A DNA stretch of 64,000 nucleotides from positions 19,857-83,856 of the forward strand of contig JAZRTK010000010.1 in assembly GCA_045651985.1 (NCBI GenBank). The letters run 5' to 3'. The notes under the pieces were generated by a model. The model saw only the letters and a list, made by a program, of their open reading frames with translations, was not told the origin of the DNA and searched no databases. The stretch comes from Eubacteriales bacterium. Its GTDB lineage: Bacteria; Bacillota; Clostridia; Oscillospirales; CAG-272. Shown piece after piece: positions 17,927 through 27,268 of the stretch (positions within the stretch are counted from its first letter, which is position 1; every line of letters starts with the position of its first letter). Made by a program: the position numbers and the translations under genes.

Positions 17927-19324
17927 TCAAAACGCGAAATACTTTTCCGCGTTGTAGTAGCTTATGCCCTCGATGATCTTCTTGAGGGTAGCTTCATCTT
18001 CGGGGTATTCGCCGTCCTCGACCCACTGTCCGATCACGTTGCAGAGAATTCTGCGGAAGTACTCGTGACGTGTGTAAGAGAGGAAAGAGCGGGAGTCTGT
18101 GAGCATGCCCACAAAATTGCCCAGAAGCGAGAGGTTTGCCAAGGACTTGATCTGCTCCTCCATGCCGCATTTTGTGTCGTTAAACCACCAAGCGGAGCCG
18201 TGCTGGATTTTACCACGCGCCTCAGTGCCCTGGAAGCAGCCGAGAATGGTGTCGAGCATCTGGTTGTCGGCGGGGTTGAGGGAGTAGAGAATAGTCTTGG
18301 GAAGCTTTCCGTCAACTTCGAGTGCGTTGAGGAAACGGGTGATGTTCTTTGAACAATCGAAGGTGGAGATGCAGTCGTAGCCCGTGTCGGGACCGAGACG
18401 ATCAAACATTCTTGTATTTGTGTTTCTGATAGCGCCGTAGTGGAGCTGCATAACAACGTCACGCGCGTGGTACTCTCGACCGAGATGAAGGAGGATAGCG
18501 GTCTTGTAAGCGTCAGCTTCTTGCTGGGAAACTGCTTCACCCGCTATTGCGCGGCTGAAAATACTCTCGATCTCATCGTCTGTCGCTTCGGAGTAAACCA
18601 CGTAGTCAAGACCGTGGTCGGAAGCCTTGCAGCCAAGGGAGCAGAAGAAGTCAAGACGGTCAGTAAGCGCTGCCTTGACGTCTGCGGCGCTCTTTATCTC
18701 GATGCCCGAAGCTTCGGAGAGCTGTGCGATATATTCAACAAATCCCGCCTTTTCAATGTTTACTGCCTTGTCGGGACGGAAAGAGGGGACTACCTTTGTC
18801 TTAAAGCTTTCGTCGGCAGCTATCTTTATGTGCCATTCAAGAGAGTCGATAGGGTCGTCCGTGGTGCCGATGACAGCCACGTTAGACTGCTCAATAAGAC
18901 CTCTTACGGTCATTGAATCCTCCTGCAACTTTGCGTTGCAGAGATTCCAGACCTCCTCGGCGGTGTCGCCGTTTAAGAGACCGTCGTAGCCGAAGTATCT
19001 TTTCAGCTCAAGCATGGTCCAGTGGAACATGGGGTTTCCGATAGCCATGGGAAGAGCCTCTGCGAACATCTGGAACTTGGTTCTGTCGTCTGCGTCGCCC
19101 GTTATCTTGGACTCCTCCACGCCGTTTGAGCGGATAACTCTCCACTTGTAGTGGTCGCCGCCAAGCCATACCTGCGCAATGTTCTCAAACTTGCGGTTTT
19201 CATAGATCTCGCGGGGGTTTATGTGGCAGTGATAGTCGATAATGGGAAGGTCCTTTGAGTAATTTTCGTAGAGCCTTTTTGCTGTTTCGGTCTTCAAAAT
19301 GAAGGTGTCGTTTATGATACCCAT
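17927..19324 (-). CDS. uxaC: glucuronate (uronate) isomerase
   Basis: 465 aa from ATG 19324, with SD AAAGGAGAC. LPIIDYHCHI, GDHYKWR and WWFND blocks are present. Confidence 0.9.
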   Translation of the reverse strand: MGIINDTFILKTETAKRLYENYSKDLPIIDYHCHINPREIYENRKFENIAQVWLGGDHYKWRVIRSNGVEESKITGDADDRTKFQMFAEALPMAIGNPMFHWTMLELKRYFGYDGLLNGDTAEEVWNLCNAKLQEDSMTVRGLIEQSNVAVIGTTDDPIDSLEWHIKIAADESFKTKVVPSFRPDKAVNIEKAGFVEYIAQLSEASGIEIKSAADVKAALTDRLDFFCSLGCKASDHGLDYVVYSEATDDEIESIFSRAIAGEAVSQQEADAYKTAILLHLGREYHARDVVMQLHYGAIRNTNTRMFDRLGPDTGYDCISTFDCSKNITRFLNALEVDGKLPKTILYSLNPADNQMLDTILGCFQGTEARGKIQHGSAWWFNDTKCGMEEQIKSLANLSLLGNFVGMLTDSRSFLSYTRHEYFRRILCNVIGQWVEDGEYPEDEATLKKIIEGISYYNAEKYFAF

Positions 19325-19478
19325 AAGGTTTTGTCTCCTTTTTGCGATAGTTATTAAGATAATCATACCTTTTTTTTGAAAAAATGTCAACTAGTACTTG
19401 CAATAATGTCAAAAATTGATATAATTATATTGTTAAAAGAGCACTAAAAAGCCACTAACCCACAAAAGGAGAAAAAAT

Positions 19479-20948
19479 ATGGAATCCATAGTAAGTAAGA
19501 TTCAAAACAGAAAAGCGCTTCCCATAAGACTCGTGCAGTTCGGTGAGGGAAATTTTTTACGCGCGTTCGTTGACTACATGGTAGACCGCGCAAACGAGGC
19601 GGGTATCATGGACTGCGGTATCGCTGTCGTAAAGCCCATTGAGTTCGGGTCTCTTGAACGCTTTGAAAAGCAAGATAATCTTTACACGGTAAATCTCAGA
19701 GGAAAGCTGGACGGAGAGGTTATAAATTCCTCTCATGTCGTCACGAGCATTGAAAAGACCGTGGATATATACAGCGATCCGGATTCCTATATGGAACTCT
19801 CCAGACTTGAAACCCTTCGTTTCGTAGTATCGAATACTACCGAGGCGGGTATCGTACTTGATCTGAACGATAAAATTGACGGTATTCCGTCCACATACCC
19901 AGGCAAGCTCACGAAATTCCTTTTTGAGAGATTCAACTGCTTTGGGGGCGACAAGTCGAAGGGGCTTATTCTTCTGCCCGTTGAGCTTATTGAAAACAAC
20001 GGCGGAAAGCTGAAGGAATGTGTTCTTGCGCTGGCAAATGCTTGGGGGCTTGGCGCGCAATTTTCGTCGTGGATCGAGGAAGCCTGCATCTTCTGCTCAA
20101 CGCTCGTTGACCGCATCGTTACGGGTTATCCCCGCGACGAGGCAGAGCAGATCTGCGAAGGGCTGGGATACAGCGACGAGCTTCTTGACGTTGGTGAGCC
20201 CTTTGGACTTTGGGTAATTGAAAGCGAGCGCGATATTTCCTCCGAGCTTCCCCTTGACCGCGCGGGCATGCCCGTTGTGTTTACCGACGATCAGAGACCT
20301 TACCGCGAGAGAAAGGTAAGGATCCTCAATGGCGCGCACACTTCCACAGTACTTTTGGGTTGGCTCTCCGGACTTCCCATCGTTCGCGAATGTATGGAGG
20401 ATAAGGTCATACGCGCATTTATGGAAAAGGCTGTTGGCGAGGAGATCGCGCCGCAGGTAAAGCTCCCCGCAGACGAGGTCGCGGCTTTCGCTGAGGCGGT
20501 GTACGAGAGATTTGAAAATCCCTTTATCCGCCACAGCGTTCTTGATATTTCCCTCAATTCCGTTTCCAAATGGAAGAGCAGGATACTGCCTTCCTTTAAG
20601 GACTATTTTGAAAAGAACGGCAAAATCGCGCCTGCTTTGACTATGTCTATGGCAGGTCTCCTTGCGTTCTACGGTGCAGGTGAGTACATAGACGGTAAGA
20701 TCGAAGCAAAGCGTCCTTGCGACGGCACACCTTACACGGTGCGCGACGATGCGGAGGCTCTCGCGTTCATCGCCGAGAACAGCCAAAAACCTTCTGCACA
20801 GTATGCAAAGGCGGTTCTTTCAAACGAAAAGTTCTGGGGCGAGGACCTTTGCTCCTATCCTCGGTTCTGCGAGACGGTTGCATCTTACCTTGACGCGTTC
20901 AAGGCAGACGGCGTAAAGGAAACTGTTGCAAAGCTTGTTGAGGCTTGA
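19479..20948 (+). CDS. uxaB: tagaturonate reductase (altronate oxidoreductase)
   Basis: 489 aa, mannitol-dehydrogenase family. VQFGEGNFLRAFVDYMVD, VSNTTEAGI and ILNGAHT are present. Confidence 0.85.
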   Translation: MESIVSKIQNRKALPIRLVQFGEGNFLRAFVDYMVDRANEAGIMDCGIAVVKPIEFGSLERFEKQDNLYTVNLRGKLDGEVINSSHVVTSIEKTVDIYSDPDSYMELSRLETLRFVVSNTTEAGIVLDLNDKIDGIPSTYPGKLTKFLFERFNCFGGDKSKGLILLPVELIENNGGKLKECVLALANAWGLGAQFSSWIEEACIFCSTLVDRIVTGYPRDEAEQICEGLGYSDELLDVGEPFGLWVIESERDISSELPLDRAGMPVVFTDDQRPYRERKVRILNGAHTSTVLLGWLSGLPIVRECMEDKVIRAFMEKAVGEEIAPQVKLPADEVAAFAEAVYERFENPFIRHSVLDISLNSVSKWKSRILPSFKDYFEKNGKIAPALTMSMAGLLAFYGAGEYIDGKIEAKRPCDGTPYTVRDDAEALAFIAENSQKPSAQYAKAVLSNEKFWGEDLCSYPRFCETVASYLDAFKADGVKETVAKLVEA

Positions 20949-20963
20949 TTTTTGGAGATTAAA

Positions 20964-22442
20964 ATGAACGTATTAAAGATACATGAAAAGGATAACGTTG
21001 CCGTTGCGTTGACGGCGGCAGCCGCAGGCGAAAAGATTGCCGTTAACGGCGTTGAAATAACGCTTTTTGAGGATATCCCGGCAGGTCACAAGGTGGCTCT
21101 GCGGGCGATCAACGCGGGCGAGAACGTAATAAAATACGGCTTTCCCATCGGACATGCAAAGGAAAATATCGAGGCGGGACACCACGTCCATTGCCACAAC
21201 CTTGCGTCCAACCTTTCGGGACTGCTTTCCTACGAATATACCCCCGATTACACGGAATTGAAGAAGACCACACCGGGCACATTCATGGGCTACAAGAGAA
21301 AGGACGGCCGCGTTGGAATCCGCAACGAGGTCTGGATAATCCCCACCGTCGGCTGCGTAAACGCCATTGCCAAGGAGATCGAGGACCGTTCAAAGGAGTT
21401 TGCGGCAGGCTCGGTGGAGGGAGTTTTCTCCTACGCTCACCCCTACGGCTGTTCACAGCTTGGCGACGACCACGAAAACACTCAAAAGGCTCTTTGCGGA
21501 CTTATAAATCATCCCAACGCAGGCGCGGTTTTGGTGCTTTGCCTTGGTTGCGAGAACAACACCGCAGAGCAGATGAAAGCTATGCTTGGTGACTACGACA
21601 CAGAGCGTATCCGCTTCCTCGTTTGCCAGGAGGTCGAGGACGAAATTTCGGAGGGCACGAAGATGGTTTCCGAGCTTTGTCAGTACGCTTCTCAATTTGA
21701 AAGGGAAGAGTGCGGCGCGGATAAGCTGATAATCGGTCTGAAATGCGGCGGCTCAGACGGTTTTTCGGGAATTACCGCAAATCCTCTTGTGGGCTCGTTC
21801 TCGGACCATCTGATTTCGGGCGGCGGCTCGACTATCTTGACCGAAGTTCCCGAAATGTTCGGCGCGGGGACCATCTTGATGAACCGTTGCCGTACACGGG
21901 AGGTTTTTGAGGAATGTGTAAGTCTTATCAACAACTTCAAAGAATATTTCCGCCGTCACGGAGAGAAGATAAATGAAAATCCCTCTCCCGGAAACAAGGC
22001 GGGCGGTATTTCAACACTTGAGGACAAGTCGCTCGGTTGCACACAGAAGGGCGGAACGGCAGTGGTCGAGGACGTGCTCACTTACGGCGAGCCCGTAAAG
22101 AAAAACGGACTCTCTCTCCTGCAAGCTCCCGGAAACGACCTGGTGGCATCGTTGGCGTTAGCGGTATCGGGCGCTCACATGGTGCTATTTACTACGGGTC
22201 GCGGAACACCATTCGGCTGTCCCGTTCCTACCGTTAAAATATCCAGCAACACAAGTCTTTTCGAACACAAAAGCGGCTGGATAGATTTTGACGCAGGCGA
22301 ATTGGCTCGCGGCAAAAGTATGGACAAGGTAACCAAGGAATTTTACGATTTCGTTTTGTCGGTAGCATCCGGCGAGAAGACCAAGAGTGAGCGCATGGAC
22401 AAGCGCGACCTTGCGATCTTCAAGGACGGAGTAACACTTTAA
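20964..22442 (+). CDS. uxaA: altronate dehydratase
   Basis: SAF N-domain (KIHEKDNVAVAL...IPAGHKVAL) plus the GD_AH_C region. ATG 20964 lies 6 nt after GGAG. The track start is a TTG inside the SD. Confidence 0.88.
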   Translation: MNVLKIHEKDNVAVALTAAAAGEKIAVNGVEITLFEDIPAGHKVALRAINAGENVIKYGFPIGHAKENIEAGHHVHCHNLASNLSGLLSYEYTPDYTELKKTTPGTFMGYKRKDGRVGIRNEVWIIPTVGCVNAIAKEIEDRSKEFAAGSVEGVFSYAHPYGCSQLGDDHENTQKALCGLINHPNAGAVLVLCLGCENNTAEQMKAMLGDYDTERIRFLVCQEVEDEISEGTKMVSELCQYASQFEREECGADKLIIGLKCGGSDGFSGITANPLVGSFSDHLISGGGSTILTEVPEMFGAGTILMNRCRTREVFEECVSLINNFKEYFRRHGEKINENPSPGNKAGGISTLEDKSLGCTQKGGTAVVEDVLTYGEPVKKNGLSLLQAPGNDLVASLALAVSGAHMVLFTTGRGTPFGCPVPTVKISSNTSLFEHKSGWIDFDAGELARGKSMDKVTKEFYDFVLSVASGEKTKSERMDKRDLAIFKDGVTL

Positions 22443-22447
22443 AAAAC

Positions 22448-22481
22448 AAGGGAGATGCTTTTGCATCTCCCTTATTTTTTT
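22448..22481. terminator. bidirectional terminator (uxaA / convergent small gene)
   Basis: Stem AAGGGAGATGC/GCATCTCCCTT, flanked by A6 and T7 runs. Confidence 0.8.
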
Positions 22482-22837
22482 GTGAGATTTTCGTAGTGTG
22501 ACAGCATTCGGTCGTAAATTTTTTTAGCTTCGGTCAGCCGTCGGTAGACGGTGCGGTCGTCCATAAAATTTGCGGCGGCAAAGCAACGTATACGCGAACT
22601 TATCTGCGAAGCCTTTATCGGTATGCAAGGCGCGCCGCCGTATACGGCACGCGCCGCCTCGGCGCACTCGCTCTTTCCCGATATTTCAAGATGACGATAG
22701 GTGTCCCGCACGGCAAGCATCGAGCTTGCGGTATCGGAGCCCAGCCTTGAAACAACTAAAAGGAAACTCAACGGTGTTTTTTTATGCAGCTCCAGCGCGC
22801 CGTAAACAGCAAACGCCGCAGATGCGGACAGTTTCAT
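22472..22837 (-). CDS. hypothetical protein with a sigma-70-region-4-like C-terminal HTH
   Basis: 121 aa from ATG 22837, with SD GGAGGTG. The C-terminus FMDDRTVYRRLTEAKKIYDRML resembles r4/ArpU-type HTH proteins. The assignment is weak. Confidence 0.45.
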   Translation of the reverse strand: MKLSASAAFAVYGALELHKKTPLSFLLVVSRLGSDTASSMLAVRDTYRHLEISGKSECAEAARAVYGGAPCIPIKASQISSRIRCFAAANFMDDRTVYRRLTEAKKIYDRMLSHYENLTKK

Positions 22838-22962
22838 TTCATCACCTCCCCGCATATCATATCAAATGAATGTTTCGCGGGCTTTTTGGAAAGGTAAAAA
22901 AACAAAAAATTCGGTTACTGTGTGACTTGTTTTTAACGAAGTGATAAAAATCGTTCTTTGCC

Positions 22963-22991
22963 TTGACAAGAAAGGGTTTATGAGGTATAAT
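22963..22991 (+). promoter_or_regulatory. consensus sigma-A promoter of the HPr-like gene
   Basis: TTGACA (22963-22968), a 17-nt spacer, then TATAAT (22986-22991). Confidence 0.65.
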
Positions 22992-23021
22992 TAGAAAAAT
23001 CGATTTAGGAGGTCTTATTAA

Positions 23022-23252
23022 ATGACAACAGTAAATATTCGTCTCACGACACTTGAGGACGTCCGCCGTTTCGTGAATACGGTTACAAAGTACGATATCG
23101 AAATAGACCTTTGCTCGGGACGTTACGTGGTCGATGCAAAGTCCATTATGGGAATCTTCTCTCTTGACCTGCTTTCTCCTATTAAACTGACTGCTCACAC
23201 AGACGACACCTCGGCTCTGTTTGCAGATCTGAAAGATTTCATCATAGAATAA
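23022..23252 (+). CDS. HPr-fold protein lacking the phosphorylatable His15
   Basis: 76 aa. VDAKSIMGIFSLDL matches the HPr KSIMGVMSLG (Ser46) region. No His is present in the N-terminal active-site loop (LTTLEDVRRFV). Confidence 0.65.
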   Translation: MTTVNIRLTTLEDVRRFVNTVTKYDIEIDLCSGRYVVDAKSIMGIFSLDLLSPIKLTAHTDDTSALFADLKDFIIE

Positions 23253-23258
23253 AATAGG

Positions 23259-23281
23259 AAGGGCGGGCAACCGCCCTTTTT
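23259..23281 (+). terminator. short GC hairpin plus T-run after the HPr-like gene
   Basis: AAGGGCGG-GCAA-CCGCCCTT followed by TTT. Confidence 0.6.
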
Positions 23282-23306
23282 ACAAAAACGAAGGGAAAAA
23301 GAGAGC

Positions 23307-24194
23307 ATGAAAACGTCACTTGTGATACTTGCCGCGGGGATCGGATTGAGATTTGGCGGCGGAGTGAAGCAAATAGCGCCCGTAGGACCAAACGGAGAAA
23401 TAATCATTGATTATTCTATCCGCGATGCTCTTGAAGCGGGCTTTAATAAGGTGGTTTTCGTTATCAGACGGGATATTGAGCAGGATTTCCGTGAGGTGAT
23501 CGGCAACAAGACCGAAAAGCTGTGCGAGGTCGAGTACGTTTTTCAGGACAAGACCGATTTGCCGTACACACCCGTGTGCGCCTCAAACCGTCAAAAGCCC
23601 TGGGGCACGACTCACGCGCTTTACAGCTGCCGCGACGTCCTAAAAGAGCCTTTTCTCATCATAAATGCTGACGATTATTACGGCAAGAGCGCTTATAGAA
23701 AGGCTCATGATTTTCTTGTTTCCGAGAGAGGTTGGAATGACTACGGAATGGTCGCTTTCCGACTTGGAAATACCCTCAGCGATAACGGAGGCGTGACCCG
23801 CGGTGTATGCTATGCTGACAGTCGGGGCTGGCTTGCCGAAGTAAAAGAGACTTACGGCATCGAGAAAAAGGACGAAGGTGCGGTGGCAGACGGAAAGATA
23901 GTTCCCGGCGACACGCTCGTTTCCATGAACATGTGGTGCTTTACTCCCTCGATCTTTTCCGAGGTGGAGGCGCAGTTGACCGAGTTCCTGCGCAGATTGC
24001 CCGACGAGGATATAAAGAGTGAGCACGTTCTGCCTACCATGGTGGGAGAAATGCTGTCTGGCGGCCGAGGTCGTGTCAAGGTGCTTGAATCCGAGGACAC
24101 GTGGGTTGGCGTGACTTACGCCGAAGACAAGCCCTACGTTCAAAGTTATTTTAAAGATCTTATCGCTCGCGGAGTTTATCCCCATAAGCTGTAA
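23307..24194 (+). CDS. sugar-phosphate nucleotidyltransferase family protein
   Basis: 295 aa. The N-terminal LVILAAGIGLRFGG-VKQ glycine-rich NTP-transferase loop is present. Confidence 0.7.
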   Translation: MKTSLVILAAGIGLRFGGGVKQIAPVGPNGEIIIDYSIRDALEAGFNKVVFVIRRDIEQDFREVIGNKTEKLCEVEYVFQDKTDLPYTPVCASNRQKPWGTTHALYSCRDVLKEPFLIINADDYYGKSAYRKAHDFLVSERGWNDYGMVAFRLGNTLSDNGGVTRGVCYADSRGWLAEVKETYGIEKKDEGAVADGKIVPGDTLVSMNMWCFTPSIFSEVEAQLTEFLRRLPDEDIKSEHVLPTMVGEMLSGGRGRVKVLESEDTWVGVTYAEDKPYVQSYFKDLIARGVYPHKL

Positions 24195-24219
24195 AAAAGC
24201 CCGCCAGAGACGGGCTTTG
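24195..24219. terminator. bidirectional hairpin between the nucleotidyltransferase and FkbM genes
   Basis: AAAGCCCG-CCAGAGA-CGGGCTTT. The A6 run on the left gives the U-tract for the minus-strand gene. Confidence 0.6.
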
Positions 24220-24224
24220 GATAG

Positions 24225-25298
24225 TTATTTTATTGCGTAAAGATTCAAGTCCCACGCGGGAAGGTAGGAAAAACGGCGAAGATAAAGCTTGTAGCAGGGG
24301 TTCATTGCGTGTATCGTCAGAGGAAGCTCAAAAATATCCTCGCTTCGGTGGTACATGGATACCAGCAGGTCGGGAGCAAATCGGGAGATCGTTTGAGCCG
24401 AGCCGAAAAGAGCTTGGCGTTCCGAGCCTTCAACGTCGTATTTGATATAGTCTACGGCGCGGACGCCGAGAATATTGTCAAGTGCGTCGACCTTGACTTC
24501 CTTTGTTTTCTTGCCCGTCTGAGAAATATTTGCGTTGCGGTTCCCGCTTCCGTCAAAGAAAAGTGTGTCGGTATGGCTCCAAGCCCCGACGTTATGAAGT
24601 TCAAGCTGCAAACGGTCTTCACCTTGCGCGTATTCGGACAGCTTGCGAAAATTTCGTGAGTCAGGCTCAAGAGCCACGGCAAGCTCAAGATTGGGAGCGT
24701 ACTGAAGAAGCTCTCGCACAGTATCCCCGTTGTACGCGCCAAGGTCGGCGTAAGTGCGGTATTCGTTAGGACGCAATATTTCGCGGTAAACGGTTTGGCG
24801 GTCGGTCTCGCTTGCGCGGAGGTGGGAGATCTTTCCCGTGAGCTTTGCATTTATGACGCTCTCGTATACGCGAACAGACTCCTCGTCTGCAAAAAGGGAA
24901 GCGCACCGCTCGATCTTGTCCATATTTTCATCAACAAACTCCCGTGTAAAAAGAGTTTCGCCGAAAACGGGCACGTCGGGCACGTAAAGCTCGGTCTCCT
25001 GTGATATAGTGTAGATTCGGTCGAGCACATCGGTAAGGGAAGTGGCAAATGACACAAGGACGATAAACTCCTTGTATTTTGCCTTGATCTCGCTGTAGGA
25101 CAAGACTTTTTTGCTGTGAAAAGCGTGACCTCGGACAAATCCGTCGCTGGCAAAGAAGTCGCAGACCTCGATCCCGTATTTTTCACATACGGACAGGATC
25201 TTGTCGGCACCGTTTCCCATTCCGTACATGACCACGGGCTTGTCGGTTTTTTTCAGATACGTCCAAATATCATTTTTTTCAATATATAAATTTTTCAT
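24225..25298 (-). CDS. FkbM-family SAM-dependent methyltransferase
   Basis: 357 aa. YADLGAYNGDTV and IDYIKYDVEGSERQAL are typical of Methyltransf_21/FkbM. Confidence 0.75.
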   Translation of the reverse strand: MKNLYIEKNDIWTYLKKTDKPVVMYGMGNGADKILSVCEKYGIEVCDFFASDGFVRGHAFHSKKVLSYSEIKAKYKEFIVLVSFATSLTDVLDRIYTISQETELYVPDVPVFGETLFTREFVDENMDKIERCASLFADEESVRVYESVINAKLTGKISHLRASETDRQTVYREILRPNEYRTYADLGAYNGDTVRELLQYAPNLELAVALEPDSRNFRKLSEYAQGEDRLQLELHNVGAWSHTDTLFFDGSGNRNANISQTGKKTKEVKVDALDNILGVRAVDYIKYDVEGSERQALFGSAQTISRFAPDLLVSMYHRSEDIFELPLTIHAMNPCYKLYLRRFSYLPAWDLNLYAIK

Positions 25299-25345
25299 TT
25301 AGCACCCTAATTTTTGAGCCGCTGTGCGGCAGAATGGAGATAAAA

Positions 25346-25684
25346 ATGGATTGCTTGTTTTGTAAAATAGTAGCGGGGGACATTCCCTCGTCTAAAGTCT
25401 ACGAGGACGATTACGCTTACGCCTTCCGCGATATCAACCCTCAAGCGCCCGTGCATATCCTCATCGTTCCAAAGGAGCATATTCCTTCTGTAGACGGTAT
25501 CACAGAGGAGAACAGCACAGTCATTGCAAAGATCTTTGAGGCTATTCCAAAGATCGCGTCACAGGAAAAACTTGGCGGCGGCTACCGCGTCATTTCAAAC
25601 TGCGGCGACCACGCCTGTCAGAGCGTAAAGCATCTGCATTTCCACATTGTTGGCGGTGCTCAGCTTTCCGAGCAAATGGCATAA
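25346..25684 (+). CDS. HIT (histidine triad) family protein
   Basis: CLFCKIVAGDIPS...HLHFHIVGG. ATG 25346 lies 6 nt after GGAG; the track ATG at 25334 lies within the SD. Confidence 0.88.
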   Translation: MDCLFCKIVAGDIPSSKVYEDDYAYAFRDINPQAPVHILIVPKEHIPSVDGITEENSTVIAKIFEAIPKIASQEKLGGGYRVISNCGDHACQSVKHLHFHIVGGAQLSEQMA

Positions 25685-25695
25685 AAGATAATTTT

Positions 25696-25735
25696 TAACC
25701 CGAGAAGCATCTCGCTTCTCGGGTTAATTTTTTTA
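25696..25735. terminator. bidirectional terminator (HIT / aspartate kinase)
   Basis: A 13-bp stem TAACCCGAGAAGC/GCTTCTCGGGTTA followed by a T-run. Confidence 0.85.
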
Positions 25736-27049
25736 TTTTACGAATTCGTTGTAGATAGCTACGTGAGCCTTTTTGAGGTCTGCCTCGTCGATACCGATGA
25801 TGATGTTAAGCTCGCTTGAGCCCTGGTCGATCATGCGAATATTGACGCCTGCTTTTGAGGCGGCGTTCAGCACTCTTGCGGCAGTACCCTTAGCCTTGAC
25901 CATACCGCGGCCAACCACTGCCAGAAGCGCAATACCGTCCGTGATAGTGATAGTGTCGGGACGAACGCGTCTCTGCATGGTTGCAAGGAGCTTTTCCTTC
26001 TTGTCGGCGATAGCGGCGGTGGAAACGACCACGCACATGGTGTCAATGCCCGAAGGAAGATGTTCAAAGGATATTTCGTTGTCCTCAAGCACTTCAAGTA
26101 CCTTGCGTCCAAAGCCCAGCTCTGCGTTCATCATATCCTTTTCGATAGTAATAACAGAGAATCCTGCCTTTCCTGCGATACCTGTGATGACCTTGTCGGC
26201 ATTGTAATCGGCGGTTGAAGGAACTATCATTGTACCCCTCTTTGAGGGATCGTTTGTATTTTTGATGTTGATCGGAATGTTAGCGAAGCGAACGGGGAAG
26301 ATAGCGTCCTCGTGAAGAACGGTGGCACCCATGTAGGAAAGCTCGCGAAGCTCACGGTAGGTGATGGTATCAATGGTGCAGGGGTTCTCGATAACTCTGG
26401 GGTCTGCCATCTTGAAGCCGTCAACGTCTGTCCAGTTCTCGTAGAGATCTGCACTGCAGGCGCGGGCAACGATAGAGCCCGTGATATCGGAGCCACCGCG
26501 GGAGAAGGTCTTGATGGTGCCGTTGGGCATTACGCCGTAAAAGCCGGGAATGACCGCTCTCTTGTGCTGAGCAAGCTCCTCGCGCAAGACCTCGTTTGTC
26601 TTGTCCGCGTCGAAGGAACCGTTGTCACGGAAAAGAATAACATTCTCCGCATCGATAAAATCAAATCCAAGATACTTTGCAAGAATAAGACCGTTTAAGT
26701 ATTCGCCGCGGCTTGCCGCAAAGTCACGGCCCGAACGATGGCGGAGCGCGTTCTTTACGTAAGTCAGCTCGCCGCTGATGTCAAAATCAAGTCCTAAGTC
26801 GGAAATGATCTCGCAGTATCTCTTTTCGATAAGTCCGAAGTATTCATCGATATTCTCGCCGCGCTTTACCATTTCATAGCAATTGTAAAGCATATCGGTG
26901 ACCTTCACGTCATCGGAAAAACGCTTTCCCGGCGCGGAAGGGATAACGTAACGTCTTGCGGGGTCGGCTTTGATAATGCCTGCCACCTTACGGAACTGCT
27001 CTGCATCTGCAAGCGAGCTTCCGCCGAATTTTACGACTTTAAGCTGCAT
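25733..27049 (-). CDS. aspartate kinase
   Basis: 438 aa from ATG 27049. VVKFGGSSLADAEQF, SRGGSD and C-terminal ACT repeats are present. Confidence 0.88.
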   Translation of the reverse strand: MQLKVVKFGGSSLADAEQFRKVAGIIKADPARRYVIPSAPGKRFSDDVKVTDMLYNCYEMVKRGENIDEYFGLIEKRYCEIISDLGLDFDISGELTYVKNALRHRSGRDFAASRGEYLNGLILAKYLGFDFIDAENVILFRDNGSFDADKTNEVLREELAQHKRAVIPGFYGVMPNGTIKTFSRGGSDITGSIVARACSADLYENWTDVDGFKMADPRVIENPCTIDTITYRELRELSYMGATVLHEDAIFPVRFANIPINIKNTNDPSKRGTMIVPSTADYNADKVITGIAGKAGFSVITIEKDMMNAELGFGRKVLEVLEDNEISFEHLPSGIDTMCVVVSTAAIADKKEKLLATMQRRVRPDTITITDGIALLAVVGRGMVKAKGTAARVLNAASKAGVNIRMIDQGSSELNIIIGIDEADLKKAHVAIYNEFVK

Positions 27050-27108
27050 AGTGGTATAAACTCCAATCTGCCGCAAAATGCGGCTTCAAATAAAAAATAG
27101 ACTATTAT

Positions 27109-27137
27109 ATTATATTTTATAATGCGGGCAAAGTCAA
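27109..27137 (-). promoter_or_regulatory. putative aspartate-kinase promoter
   Basis: On the minus strand: TTGACT (27137-27132), a 17-nt spacer, then TATAAT (27114-27109). Confidence 0.55.
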
Positions 27138-27202
27138 GTGATTTTTTGCAGTTTTCGTATATTTTTTGCGGTTTTCTGCATAAAACCGAGGTTTTTAAAA
27201 AC

Positions 27203-27231
27203 TTGACAAAAAAAAGAGGGCATGGTATAAT
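27203..27231 (+). promoter_or_regulatory. perfect-consensus sigma-A promoter of the TerB/ATPase operon
   Basis: TTGACA (27203-27208), exactly 17 nt of spacer with TG at -15/-14, then TATAAT (27226-27231). Confidence 0.7.
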
Positions 27232-27268
27232 ACTATAATACCCAATTTTGATATGAGGAGGTGTCGAA

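Noticed and set aside
19381-19425. Repeated AATGTCAA motifs in the uxaC/uxaB divergent region, considered as a hexuronate-regulator operator
   Set aside because: The repeats coincide with -35-like TTGACA hexamers on the opposite strand. There is no convincing dyad symmetry and no cognate regulator gene nearby.
20097-20786. 229-aa minus-strand ORF. The same applies to 12328-12876, 23640-24185, 27425-27982, 52929-53591, 53739-54425, 57471-58178 and 58935-59540.
   Set aside because: All are antisense to CDS with clear family signatures. In this fairly GC-rich genome, long stop-free antisense frames are expected.
20952-20966. A recurrent MEI(K/N)M N-terminus at three genes (20952, 25334, 30225), which at first looked like a shared leader peptide or repeat
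   Set aside because: The first start codon lies inside the Shine-Dalgarno context (A/T)TGGAGAT-AA-ATATG. The real start is the second ATG, 6 nt after GGAG. This is similar RBS design, not a repeat element.
27050-27200. Possible lysine (L-box) riboswitch ahead of aspartate kinase, and likewise ahead of dapA at 2866-2978
   Set aside because: The leaders are only ~50-100 nt, which is too short for the ~180-nt L-box. They lack its conserved AGAGGCGC / GGxGAG-type core. Only a small hairpin is present.
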